This document shows, one piece after another, positions 9,282 through 18,115 of a stretch of DNA of 64,000 bases. The stretch lies in contig JAZNJH010000008.1 in the NCBI GenBank assembly GCA_045577925.1, forward strand, positions 15,973 to 79,972, in the 5' to 3' direction. The notes beneath the pieces are model-generated. The model ran no database searches, was not told the DNA's origin, and was given only the letters and a program-made list of their open reading frames with translations. The stretch's first letter is position 1. Each line of letters begins with the position of its first letter. The position numbers were made by a program, and so were the translations under genes. The stretch is from Eubacteriales bacterium. GTDB lineage: Bacteria > Bacillota > Clostridia > Oscillospirales > CAG-272.

Positions 9282-9305
9282 TAATTATTTGAGTTTCCCC
9301 GAAAC

Positions 9306-11273
9306 TCAAATATTGTACTCCTGACGTCTTATAACATGATCCTGATACTCGCGGTCGAGCTCAACGAAGTAAGCGCTCCAACCCCAGATACGAACAACGA
9401 GTCTGCCGTAGTCCTCGGGGTGCTCTTGTGCCTCTTTCATTGTTTCAAGATTAACACTGTTAAGCTGAAGCTGATGTCCGCCAAGCGTGATAAAGTACTT
9501 AACAAGCTTTGCAACCTTGCTGATACCGTCAGCATCACGGAATACGGAGTTGTGGAACTCAATTGTAAGAGGACCGCCGTTCATAACGTTCTCAAAATGC
9601 TGCTTGGAGAAAGACTTGATAACCGAAACGGGTCCAACCTTAGCAAAGAGGCTGGGCGCAAAGTTTGCACCGAAGGGCTCGTTTGCAAGTCTGCCGTCTG
9701 CAGAAGCGCCTATCTCGTTTGCGTGCCAGAGATAGTACATTGCAGAGCCTGTTCCTGCTCTCCAGATACCGCCCTGACAGTTCTTCTTACCCTCAAAGCA
9801 CTTTGCAAAGCTGTCCATAAGCTCAATAGAGATGTTGTCAGCGTAATCGTCGTCCATGCCAAGCTTGGGAGTGTCATTACGAAGCTTTGCGAGAAGCTCG
9901 GGATAACCCTCGAAGTTTGCTTTTACAGCGTTGACCATTTCCGAAGCGGATACCGACTTTTCATCAAACACATACTTCTTTATAGCAGCAAGCGAGTCAA
10001 CAGCAGTCGAGTGACCCGTGCCGTGAACACCGTAGTTGCGGTACTTGATAGGATCAAGCATAACACCCTCGAGGAAAGGAGAGGGAACGAACCATACGTT
10101 CTTGACCGAATCCATGATCTTATCGCATTCAGCCTTGATCTGTGCTTTGACCTCACCAAAGAATTCTTCGTAAGTCGCACACTTTTCAAGAGACTCGTAC
10201 ATAGCATCATTTACAGCCTTGGGGTACGACATAGCCGCAATATTAACTATATCAAACGCACATCCGGGGATAATGAACTCCCAGCAAGCCGCAACAACGT
10301 AGTTTGCAGCATCCTCGTGCGTATATCCAAGCTTTTCGAGTGCAGGGATAGCAACGTCGTCGTTTTCATACTGCGGGAATCCGAGTCCTGCCTTTGTAAG
10401 CTCTGTGCCGAGCTCGAATATCTCGTCGGGAGTGTCCTTTGTAACGCGGAGATTTATCTTCGGGTCGATCATCTTGAGGTTTCTTGATGCTTCAAGACAC
10501 ATCTTTGAAAGCTCGGAGAAAACGTCCTTTCCGTTTTCATCAACACCGCCGAGCACCATACTCTGACCGTTGTCGCCCTGCTGTACACCAACGTACATGT
10601 CGCTGTCCTTGTTAAAGGAGAGGAAGAAGTCCTCGATAAGCTCAAGAGCCGTGTCATATGTATAAACACCGGCGTCTAAATCTGCCTTGAAGTAAGGATA
10701 CATGTATTTGTCAAAACGGCCTACCGTGTTGTGGTAGTTACCCTCGAGCCACATAGAGAAGTGAATGATTCTGAAAAGCTGAAGAGCTTCTCTGAAATTC
10801 TTAGCACCGTATCTGGGAGCATTCTCGAGAGTGTCGGCAATATCCTGTCTGCCGACTCTGATAGCCTCAGCCTTGTATCTGTCTGCAAGGTCGATTATAA
10901 GGTCGATAGCCTTGTCGGCATACTCGTTTGCACCCTTGAAAGCGAGAAGCCCCTTTTTTATAACCTTTTCAAAATTAACGTTGAGGTTGGAGATATATCC
11001 AAGCTCGTGGATATAGTGATCCTTCTTTATCTCTGCCCACTCGTCTTCTGTGAAGCAGTCGGGAATACAGGTTGTCGTACGAACAAAAACGATTTTTTCT
11101 TCGGGAAGTATATGGGGAGTCTGGAGCTTCATAAGACGCTCAAAACGGTCGCTCATACGCTCGATAGGCGAAAGACCGCGCGCCTTGTACTCGCTTGCAA
11201 GATCACAGCAGTTGTCAACTCTTAACTTGTGATGCTCTTTTGCGATGATATAGTCGAATAATACCTTGCTCAT
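9306..11273 (-). CDS. Compact glycyl radical enzyme (PFL-like) family protein
   Basis: C-terminal glycine-radical-like motif VVRIWGWSAYFVEL (Gly631, 9381-9383). Cys loop VVAACWEFIIPG (Cys330, 10284-10286). GRE-like QSMVLGG and INLRV segments. Only 655 aa. Confidence 0.75.
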   Translation of the reverse strand: MSKVLFDYIIAKEHHKLRVDNCCDLASEYKARGLSPIERMSDRFERLMKLQTPHILPEEKIVFVRTTTCIPDCFTEDEWAEIKKDHYIHELGYISNLNVNFEKVIKKGLLAFKGANEYADKAIDLIIDLADRYKAEAIRVGRQDIADTLENAPRYGAKNFREALQLFRIIHFSMWLEGNYHNTVGRFDKYMYPYFKADLDAGVYTYDTALELIEDFFLSFNKDSDMYVGVQQGDNGQSMVLGGVDENGKDVFSELSKMCLEASRNLKMIDPKINLRVTKDTPDEIFELGTELTKAGLGFPQYENDDVAIPALEKLGYTHEDAANYVVAACWEFIIPGCAFDIVNIAAMSYPKAVNDAMYESLEKCATYEEFFGEVKAQIKAECDKIMDSVKNVWFVPSPFLEGVMLDPIKYRNYGVHGTGHSTAVDSLAAIKKYVFDEKSVSASEMVNAVKANFEGYPELLAKLRNDTPKLGMDDDYADNISIELMDSFAKCFEGKKNCQGGIWRAGTGSAMYYLWHANEIGASADGRLANEPFGANFAPSLFAKVGPVSVIKSFSKQHFENVMNGGPLTIEFHNSVFRDADGISKVAKLVKYFITLGGHQLQLNSVNLETMKEAQEHPEDYGRLVVRIWGWSAYFVELDREYQDHVIRRQEYNI

Positions 11274-11274
11274 A

Positions 11275-12075
11275 TTAGATCCTTTCTGCTGAATTTTTCA
11301 GCGCTCGTTTATCAATGTTGTAAAATTTACATGCGTTTTCAAATGTAATGTCGAGTATTTCCTTGGCAGTAACACCTTTTATCTCAGCAAGCTTTTCGGC
11401 AACGTAGAGAAGGTTGCCCGAATGATTGACGCTTCCGCGCAGGGGTGTCGGCGCAAGATAAGGAGAGTCTGTTTCAATCAGAATCCTGTCAAACGGAACG
11501 GCTTCTGCCGCCTCAACAGCCTTTCGCGCATTTTTGAACGTCACAACTCCCGAAAAAGAGATGTATCTTCCTGCTTTGACAAGCTCACGCGCCCATTCGC
11601 CGCTTCCGCTGTAGCTGTGTAGCACCGTTTTAACGTCGGGATAACTTTTGAGTATCTCATCAACGTCACCGTGAGCCTCGCGGTCGTGTATTACAACGGG
11701 CATTGAGAGCTTTCGCGCAAGCTCAAGCTGAGCACAAAAGAAGTCCTTTTGCTTTTGTTTGTCGTACGGCTCCCAATAGTAGTCAAGACCTATCTCACCG
11801 ATCGCCACGGCTTTCGGGTGCGATGCAAGAGCTTCTATCTCAGCTATCGCTGATTCAAACCCACCGACCTTTTCAACGTCACTCGGGTGTATGCCGACAG
11901 CCGCATAAATTTGCGGATACGCCTCACATAAATCAAGCGACAGGCGTGAATCCTCGGGATTTACCGAAGCGTTAACGATAGCTCCTACGTTACCTGATAA
12001 CAAGCGAGGGAGCAGAGCGTCGCGCTCACCGTCAAACTTTGAGTCGTTGTAATGTGCGTGCGAATCAAATATCAT
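11275..12075 (-). CDS. tatD: TatD family metal-dependent hydrolase
   Basis: MIFDSHAHYND metal-binding HxH, ETDSPYLAP motif, 266 aa. The metG-tatD synteny is classical in Firmicutes. Confidence 0.9.
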   Translation of the reverse strand: MIFDSHAHYNDSKFDGERDALLPRLLSGNVGAIVNASVNPEDSRLSLDLCEAYPQIYAAVGIHPSDVEKVGGFESAIAEIEALASHPKAVAIGEIGLDYYWEPYDKQKQKDFFCAQLELARKLSMPVVIHDREAHGDVDEILKSYPDVKTVLHSYSGSGEWARELVKAGRYISFSGVVTFKNARKAVEAAEAVPFDRILIETDSPYLAPTPLRGSVNHSGNLLYVAEKLAEIKGVTAKEILDITFENACKFYNIDKRALKNSAERI

Positions 12076-12077
12076 AC

Positions 12078-14021
12078 TTATCTGATCCTGTCGCCGAGCT
12101 TTGCAGACTCGTCAAGGAATACTACCTTTATTTCTTCCTCGCCGCTTGCAAGTATCATACCCTGGGATTCAACACCGCAGAGCTTTGCAGGCGCAAGGTT
12201 TGCAACTACAATTATTTTCTTGCCGATAAGGTCTTCGGGAGTATAGAACTTTGCTATTCCCGAAACTACCTGTCGCTTTTCATATCCGAGGTCAAGCTGA
12301 AGCTTTAAAAGCTTCTTTGCTTTCGGAACACTTTCGCAGGCAATAACCTTTGCCACACGAAGCTCGACCTTCATAAAGTCGTCGATACCGATCTGAGCAA
12401 TACCCTCGGGCTTTTCAATTTTATCAGGATTTGCCGCCGCGTTGCGCGCTTCTGTCTCAGCTTTTATTTCTTCAAGCTTCTTTGCTTCGTCTATTCTGTC
12501 AAAGAGGTGAGCGGAAGCACCAATAGTCGAGCCGACCTTGAGCTTGCCGAAGTTGTCGATAGACTCAAACGAACACTCATCTGTTGCAAGAACGTCAAAT
12601 ATAGTCTTCGCGGTAGTCGGCATGATGGGGTAGAGCATTACTGCCGCAATCCTTATAGTTTCAAGAAGATTATAAAGCACAGTACCGAGTCTCGGTTTAA
12701 GGCTTTCGTCCTTTGCAAGTACCCACGGAGTAGTCTCGTCAATATACTTGTTTGCACGTCTTAAAAGATTAAATACTTCTTCAGACGCATCTGCAAGCTT
12801 GAAGTCGTCCATGAGCGCACAGTATTTTTTCTTTGCCGACTCAAACGCAGCGTTAAGCTCGTCATCCAGCGGCTCACGAACGTCGGCCGACGGTACAACG
12901 GAGCCGAAATACTTAGCTGTCATTGCAAGTGTGCGGTTTACAAGGTTACCAAGATTATTAGCAAGATTTGCATTGTATCTTTCGATTACAGACTCATACG
13001 TTATCGAGCCGTCTGCCGCAAAAGGCATTTCAGCGAGAACGTAGTATCTTACACCGTCAACACCAAAGTGACGTACAAGCTCGTCAGCGTATATAATGTT
13101 GCCCTTCGACTTGGACATCTTGTCAGCACCAAAAAGTAACCACGGGTGACCGAATACACGCTTCGGAAGCGGCTCACCTAATGCCATAAGCATAATAGGC
13201 CAGTAAATAGTGTGGAATCTTAAAATGTCCTTACCGATTATGTGAACGTCGGCAGGCCAGTATTTGTTGTAAAGCTCAGGCTGGCTTTCGTTGTTCGGAT
13301 TGTATCCGAGAGCCGTGATATAGTTTGAAAGAGCATCGATCCACACGTAAATTACGTGCTTGTTGTCAAACGATACCGGAACACCCCACTTGAATGAGGA
13401 ACGGGAAACGCAAAGATCCTGAAGGCCGGGCTTTATGAAATTGTTTACCATTTCTTTTTTGCGAGGCTCGGGCGAAATAAAATCGGGGTTATCCTCAATA
13501 TATTTCATGAGCTTGTCGGTATATTTGCTCATTCTGAAGAAGTATGCCTCTTCAGTTGTCTTCTGTACCGGACGTCCGCAGTCGGGGCAAATTCCGCCTG
13601 CAGCCTGTGTTTCTGTGAAGAAGGACTCACAGGGAACACAGTAAAGACCCTCGTATTCACTCTTGTATATGTCGCCCTTGTCATAGAGCTTTTTGAATAT
13701 CGCCGAAACAGCCTCTTCGTGATAATCGTCTGTCGTGCGGATGAACTTGTCATAGTCCGCGCCGACCATATCCCATATGTCCTTGATGTTACCGGCTACC
13801 TTATCAACGTATTCTTTTGGAGTGATGCCTGCATCTTTGGCAAGATTTTCAATTTTCTGACCGTGCTCGTCGGTTCCCGTAAGAAAGTACACGTCATACC
13901 CGCGCATCTTCTTGTATCTCGCGATAGCATCTGTCAGAATAATCTCATACGTGTTACCGATATGCGGCTTACCGGACGCATACGCGATAGCCGTAGTGAT
14001 ATAATACTTTTGCTTTTCCAT
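12078..14021 (-). CDS. metG: Methionine--tRNA ligase with C-terminal tRNA-binding domain
   Basis: HIGH-type YASGKPHIGNTYE, KMSKS in ADKMSKSKGN, and the zinc knuckle CVPCESF...CPDCGRP. Confidence 0.95.
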   Translation of the reverse strand: MEKQKYYITTAIAYASGKPHIGNTYEIILTDAIARYKKMRGYDVYFLTGTDEHGQKIENLAKDAGITPKEYVDKVAGNIKDIWDMVGADYDKFIRTTDDYHEEAVSAIFKKLYDKGDIYKSEYEGLYCVPCESFFTETQAAGGICPDCGRPVQKTTEEAYFFRMSKYTDKLMKYIEDNPDFISPEPRKKEMVNNFIKPGLQDLCVSRSSFKWGVPVSFDNKHVIYVWIDALSNYITALGYNPNNESQPELYNKYWPADVHIIGKDILRFHTIYWPIMLMALGEPLPKRVFGHPWLLFGADKMSKSKGNIIYADELVRHFGVDGVRYYVLAEMPFAADGSITYESVIERYNANLANNLGNLVNRTLAMTAKYFGSVVPSADVREPLDDELNAAFESAKKKYCALMDDFKLADASEEVFNLLRRANKYIDETTPWVLAKDESLKPRLGTVLYNLLETIRIAAVMLYPIMPTTAKTIFDVLATDECSFESIDNFGKLKVGSTIGASAHLFDRIDEAKKLEEIKAETEARNAAANPDKIEKPEGIAQIGIDDFMKVELRVAKVIACESVPKAKKLLKLQLDLGYEKRQVVSGIAKFYTPEDLIGKKIIVVANLAPAKLCGVESQGMILASGEEEIKVVFLDESAKLGDRIR

Positions 14022-14051
14022 TAATTTAAGCCTCCGTGTGGGTTATGTATG

Positions 14052-15221
14052 TCAGATAGTCGATACGTCTATTCTTTCTCCGTTTACAAATATCGCCTTA
14101 ATATCGTATTTGTCGTCGAACACAACGAAATTAGCAGGCTTGCCGGATCCGATCAAAGCATATCCGGGATTCTTTAACATTGAAAGCGGATTTACAATTG
14201 CCGCTCTTGCTGTTTCTTCAAGACTTGCACCTGTAAATTTCATATAGTTAACAAAACCCTTGTGCATCGTAATAACGCTTCCGTTTATAGTGCCGTTCAA
14301 AAGTCTGCCGACACCACCGTCAATTTTCGTAGGACTTCCATCAAAACAGTTAAATATCGTTCCCTCAGGAAGGCCTGCCGCAGACGAGTCTGTAATAAGC
14401 ACCATTTTGTCAGCATCCTTTGCTCTTCTCATAAGCTTCGCAATTTCAGGAAGCGAATGGAATCCGTCACATATATATTCCGTGTACGCATCACTTGTAA
14501 GAGCGCAGGTAAGGGAAGTGGATGTTCTGTGATGTATCGGGCGAAGCTGATTGAATGTGTGAGTGAATGATACAGCACCGTTTTCAAGTGCCTTCATAGA
14601 AATGTCGTAATCAGCATCAGAGTGGCCGATACCTGCGGTAGCACCATTGTCTGCAAGATACTTGATAAATTCCATAGCACCGTCCATTTCGGGGGCGAGA
14701 GTGAAGTGAGCTGCGAGCTTGCGACCAAGCTTCTTTTCAGCCGCTCTTATCTTGCCGAGGAAAATATCAGCCTCATCCTTAGTTGGAGTAGCGAACCATT
14801 CAGGTCTGTGAGCGCCCGCCTTAACGGGATTTAAGTATCTGCACTCATAATGAATACCGATAACAGTTGCTGCGGGAATGTTTTCGCTTTGTATTTCTTG
14901 AGCAGCCTCGAGAATCCTGTCAGTAGCCGCGCAGATATCTTCAAGTGATATTGTGGCAATAGTCGGCATAATATAAAGCGTACCTGCCGAAGCGTAAAAT
15001 TTTAGCATCTTAATAAGCTCGTCAGGAGTTGCATTTTCGAAGAAATAACCGAGTACACCATGAGTATGAGCGTCAACGTAACCGCCGATTGCATACATGT
15101 CTGCGAATTCATTACTTGTGTTTTCTGACTTTTCTGCAAATACTTTGCCGTCAAGTGAAAGGGAACCTTTCTGGAAACAGCCTTTTTCTATATCGAATAT
15201 GTTTAAATTTGTGTATGTCAC
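14052..15221 (-). CDS. N-acetylglucosamine-6-phosphate deacetylase-like amidohydrolase
   Basis: NagA-like motif series GGYVDAHTHG, IHYECRY, TLAPE, IGHSDA, THTFNQL...HHR, ICDGFH, LITDSS. It looks divergent, so substrate is uncertain. Confidence 0.65.
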   Translation of the reverse strand: MTYTNLNIFDIEKGCFQKGSLSLDGKVFAEKSENTSNEFADMYAIGGYVDAHTHGVLGYFFENATPDELIKMLKFYASAGTLYIMPTIATISLEDICAATDRILEAAQEIQSENIPAATVIGIHYECRYLNPVKAGAHRPEWFATPTKDEADIFLGKIRAAEKKLGRKLAAHFTLAPEMDGAMEFIKYLADNGATAGIGHSDADYDISMKALENGAVSFTHTFNQLRPIHHRTSTSLTCALTSDAYTEYICDGFHSLPEIAKLMRRAKDADKMVLITDSSAAGLPEGTIFNCFDGSPTKIDGGVGRLLNGTINGSVITMHKGFVNYMKFTGASLEETARAAIVNPLSMLKNPGYALIGSGKPANFVVFDDKYDIKAIFVNGERIDVSTI

Positions 15222-15387
15222 GATGGAACCACCTTTATTATTTATATTTCATTATATTATACATCAATTTTGCTGGTTATGTCAAGTGCTTTTTCACCGA
15301 AATAAAGGGCTAAATACTTGATTTCAGCATAAATTTTACGTTCTTCATGTATTAAATAAAAAAATACGGGAAATGTTGCATATGATG

Positions 15388-15417
15388 TTGACAAACACAA
15401 GGTCTTTGTGCTACAAT
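15388..15417 (+). promoter_or_regulatory. Sigma-A-type promoter for asd
   Basis: TTGACA (15388-15393), 18-nt spacer, TACAAT (15412-15417). Confidence 0.5.
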
Positions 15418-15465
15418 ATATAGAAAATTTGTAAATGTTAATTTTTATCGAAAGGTAAGACAGAT

Positions 15466-16548
15466 ATGGATCAGAAGAAGCTCCGCGCCGGAATCGTAGG
15501 CGCAACGGGAATGGTAGGCCAGCGTTTTATAACACTTCTCGACGGTCATCCCTATTTTGAAATAACAGCACTTGCCGCGAGCGCCCGCTCCGCAGGAAGA
15601 ACTTATGCAGAAGCAGTTGACGGCAGATGGAAGATGCAGACAGAAATGCCTGAATTTGTTCGAGATATGGTAGTTATGGACGCTTCCAAGATCGATGAGA
15701 TCAAAGAACTTGTTGACTTCGTGTTCTGCGCCGTTGATATGAAGAAGGAAGAAATACGTGCTCTCGAAGAAGCATATGCAAAGGCAGAGATCCCCGTTGT
15801 TTCAAATAACAGCGCACACCGTATGACTCCCGACGTTCCTATGGTAATTCCGGAGATCAACGAGGATCACCTTGCTATAATTGAAGATCAGAAAAAGAGA
15901 CTCGTAACAAAAAGAGGCTTTATCGCGGTTAAGCCTAATTGCTCGATACAGAGCTACGTTCCCCCGCTTTCAGCACTTCTCAAGTATGAGCCTACTGAAA
16001 TAGTAGTTACAACGTATCAGGCTATCTCGGGCGCAGGTAAAACCTTCAAGGAATGGCCCGAAATGATAGATAACGTTATCCCTTATATTGGTGGCGAAGA
16101 AGAGAAGAGCGAGCAGGAACCCCTCAAGATCTGGGGCACAATCGAAAACGGCGAAATAGTTAAGGCGAAAGAGCCTGTTATCACCGCACAGTGCATCCGC
16201 GTACCCGTAAGTGACGGTCATACGGCGGCTGTGTTCGTAAAGTTTAAGAATAAGCCTACAAAGGAAGAAATACTTGACGCCTGGAAGAACTATAAGGGCT
16301 CACCGCAGGAGCTTGAGCTTCCTCACGCACCCGAACAGTTCATTACATATTTTGAAGAAGATAACCGTCCCCAGGCAAAGCTCGACCGCGATATCTACGG
16401 CGGTATGGGCGTAACAGTCGGCAGACTCAGAGAAGATACAGTCTACGACTATAAGTTCGTCGGACTTCACCACAATACACTTCGCGGAGCGGCAGGCGGA
16501 GCAGTACTCATAGCCGAGCTCCTCTGCAAAAAAGGCTACTTCGACTGA
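15466..16548 (+). CDS. asd: Aspartate-semialdehyde dehydrogenase
   Basis: N-terminal GIVGATGMVGQRF Rossmann motif, catalytic Cys in KPNCSIQ, His in VSDGHTAAV; 360 aa. Confidence 0.9.
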   Translation: MDQKKLRAGIVGATGMVGQRFITLLDGHPYFEITALAASARSAGRTYAEAVDGRWKMQTEMPEFVRDMVVMDASKIDEIKELVDFVFCAVDMKKEEIRALEEAYAKAEIPVVSNNSAHRMTPDVPMVIPEINEDHLAIIEDQKKRLVTKRGFIAVKPNCSIQSYVPPLSALLKYEPTEIVVTTYQAISGAGKTFKEWPEMIDNVIPYIGGEEEKSEQEPLKIWGTIENGEIVKAKEPVITAQCIRVPVSDGHTAAVFVKFKNKPTKEEILDAWKNYKGSPQELELPHAPEQFITYFEEDNRPQAKLDRDIYGGMGVTVGRLREDTVYDYKFVGLHHNTLRGAAGGAVLIAELLCKKGYFD

Positions 16549-16557
16549 TAAAACGAC

Positions 16558-16588
16558 AAAAAGCGATGCACAAAAGCATCGCTTTTTT
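16558..16588 (+). terminator. Rho-independent terminator of asd
   Basis: aagcgatgc (16561-16569) / gcatcgctt (16576-16584) plus a T-run. Confidence 0.7.
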
Positions 16589-16591
16589 GTT

Positions 16592-16620
16592 AAAAAAGGC
16601 CTTCTCCAGCGGAGAAGGCT
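16592..16620 (-). terminator. Rho-independent terminator of the small RHH-like gene
   Basis: gccttctcc (16599-16607) / ggagaaggc (16611-16619), with a T-run on the minus strand (A-run 16592-16597). Confidence 0.6.
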
Positions 16621-16625
16621 AACAG

Positions 16626-16820
16626 TTACTTAATTATTCCAACTGATTTTAAATCATCTTTAGTGATTTCTCCGTGCTCTCGTTCAAAATCTTCAATAAG
16701 CATACGTAGCATATAATGAATCTGTCCGCTACCGCTTCGACCGTGATATTTTGCAATATATTGTGATTTTTGTAATATTTCTGTTTCAATATGTAAACCA
16801 AGATGTTTTAGCTGCTTCAT
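16626..16820 (-). CDS. Small ribbon-helix-helix-like protein (64 aa), function unknown
   Basis: MKQLKHLGLHIETEILQKSQYIAKYHGRSGSGQIHYMLRMLIEDFEREHG fits a strand-helix-helix pattern. ATG at 16820 has AGGA 7 nt upstream. The ORF-track extension to 16931 runs into the promoter region. Confidence 0.55.
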   Translation of the reverse strand: MKQLKHLGLHIETEILQKSQYIAKYHGRSGSGQIHYMLRMLIEDFEREHGEITKDDLKSVGIIK

Positions 16821-16963
16821 TTTAATTCCTGAAAATTTTATGTACTTAAATAGTCTCAAAATCGACTTATTGTTTACACTATACACTAAATTTATGGTAG
16901 AATGTTGAAAACGCACTAAAATTAAGTCCAATTCAAGTCATAAAATTTTTCGGAGGTAAGAAA

Positions 16964-17215
16964 ATGAAGTGCAGCAACGACTTTTGTTTACACAATAACG
17001 AAGCCGGTAAATGTATGCTTCGTAAGATAGAAGTCAACGAATGCGGTATGTGCGCCGAATGTTTGCAGATTACGTTTACAAGAGAGGAAAAAGAAGAAAA
17101 ACGTCAGAAAATGTTAAAAGCTTTTGAAAAAAGAGATAAAGAGGATATTGCAGTATATCTTGAGGATACAGACATTGCTGATAGATTAAATCTTAAAAAC
17201 TTACCCCTGAAATGA
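16964..17215 (+). CDS. Small cysteine-rich protein (DUF1540-like CxxxC pattern) with a charged C-terminal tail
   Basis: MKCSNDFCLHNNEAGKCMLRKIEVNECGMCAEC; GGAGG RBS 8 nt upstream of the ATG. Confidence 0.6.
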   Translation: MKCSNDFCLHNNEAGKCMLRKIEVNECGMCAECLQITFTREEKEEKRQKMLKAFEKRDKEDIAVYLEDTDIADRLNLKNLPLK

Positions 17216-17271
17216 TCTTAAACTGTTTATACATTATTTACAAAACAACCCTGAAATAATCAAAATAACTA

Positions 17272-17300
17272 TTGCAAATAACCAAAAAACATGCTATAAT
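17272..17300 (+). promoter_or_regulatory. Sigma-A-type promoter for hpf
   Basis: TTGCAA (17272-17277), 17-nt spacer, TATAAT (17295-17300). Confidence 0.55.
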
Positions 17301-17360
17301 AAAAGCGTAAACAAGAAACAGCGTATTGTTTACGAATCTATAGCAAAGGTGGTCCACTTA

Positions 17361-17885
17361 ATGAAGATTTTAGTAACAGGCAGACAAACGCACGTTCCGG
17401 CAGAATTTGCTCAGATTGCAGAGAAGAAGCTTGAAAAACTTGATAAGTATTTCAAGGACGATGCTCAGGCAACGGTGAAGCTTAAGAATGAGCGCGATAA
17501 GGATAAAGTAGAAGTAACGCTCACCGCCGGCGGCCATATGTTCAGAAGCGAAGAAGTGGATGAAACGTATCAAAACGCACTCGATAAGGCAATCGACACT
17601 CTTGTGCGCCAGATCAGAAAGAACAAAACCAAGCTTGAAAAAAGGCTTAGAGATGCATCGAAAACAGAGCTTTTTGCAGAAGCTGTTGATTATGAAGAAG
17701 AAGGAGCGTTCGACATCCGCACAAAGAGCTTTTCTGTAAAGCCGATGACGCCTGAAGAAGCGATACTTCAGATGAATATCACAGGACATGATTTCTATAT
17801 GTTCCGCGACGATGCGACAGACGAAATTTGCGTAGTATATAAGCGCCGTGACAAAGGATACGGATTGATAATCCCTCAAAAGTAA
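17361..17885 (+). CDS. hpf: Ribosome hibernation promoting factor, long form
   Basis: S30AE/RaiA-like N-terminal domain (MKILVTGRQTHVP...VEVTL) plus the C-terminal dimerisation domain (PMTPEEAILQMNITGHDFYMFRD). ATG at 17361 follows AAGGTGG. Confidence 0.9.
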   Translation: MKILVTGRQTHVPAEFAQIAEKKLEKLDKYFKDDAQATVKLKNERDKDKVEVTLTAGGHMFRSEEVDETYQNALDKAIDTLVRQIRKNKTKLEKRLRDASKTELFAEAVDYEEEGAFDIRTKSFSVKPMTPEEAILQMNITGHDFYMFRDDATDEICVVYKRRDKGYGLIIPQK

Positions 17886-17893
17886 GATTAACA

Positions 17894-17924
17894 GGGACCG
17901 CTAATGGCGGTCCCGAATTTTTTT
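17894..17924 (+). terminator. Rho-independent terminator of hpf
   Basis: gggaccgc (17894-17901) / gcggtccc (17907-17914), then a T-run at 17918-17924. Confidence 0.75.
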
Positions 17925-17935
17925 GTCCAAAGTTA

Positions 17936-17964
17936 TTGACAAACTTTAGAAAGTATATTATAAT
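17936..17964 (+). promoter_or_regulatory. Sigma-A-type promoter for tRNA-Thr
   Basis: TTGACA (17936-17941), 17-nt spacer, TATAAT (17959-17964), 12 nt before the tRNA 5' end. Confidence 0.6.
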
Positions 17965-17976
17965 ACATAATGTTCT

Positions 17977-18051
17977 GCTGGTGTAGCACAGTGGTAGTGC
18001 AGCTGATTCGTAATCAGCAGGTCGAGGGTTCAATCCCCTCCACCAGCTCCA
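17977..18051 (+). tRNA. tRNA-Thr (anticodon CGT), CCA encoded
   Basis: Manual cloverleaf: acceptor gctggtg/caccagc, D arm gcac/gtgc, anticodon arm gctga-ttCGTaa-tcagc, variable aggtc, T arm gaggg-ttcaatc-ccctc, discriminator t, CCA. Confidence 0.9.
18030..18049 (+). repeat. Direct repeat copy 1 (T-loop to 3' end of tRNA-Thr)
   Basis: tcaatcccctccaccagctc is repeated exactly at 18210-18229. Confidence 0.85.
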
Positions 18052-18055
18052 AAAA

Positions 18056-18088
18056 ATAGCAGACGGATTTTTACGTCTGCTATTTTTT
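18056..18088 (+). terminator. Rho-independent terminator after tRNA-Thr
   Basis: atagcagacg (18056-18065) / cgtctgctat (18074-18083) plus a T-run. Confidence 0.7.
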
Positions 18089-18115
18089 ATTGTAAGGGAT
18101 TGAACCCTGCGAGGG

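Noticed and set aside
9336-10487. A 383-aa ORF on the plus strand, antisense to the glycyl radical enzyme gene
   Set aside because: - The composition (Leu/Val/Ser/Arg/Cys-rich, no motifs) is typical of the stop-poor antisense frame of a codon-biased gene.
- It has no RBS.
- It overlaps a much better supported CDS throughout.
15222-15465. A lysine (L-box) riboswitch upstream of asd, and likewise upstream of dapA (60608-60668)
   Set aside because: - The predicted 5' UTRs are at most about 45 nt, too short for the roughly 180-nt L-box.
- No conserved L-box helices are visible.
16821-16931. The N-terminal 37-aa extension of the small RHH-like ORF (the ORF-track start at 16931)
   Set aside because: - The extension covers the divergent promoter region.
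- It has no RBS.
- The internal ATG at 16820 has AGGA 7 nt upstream.
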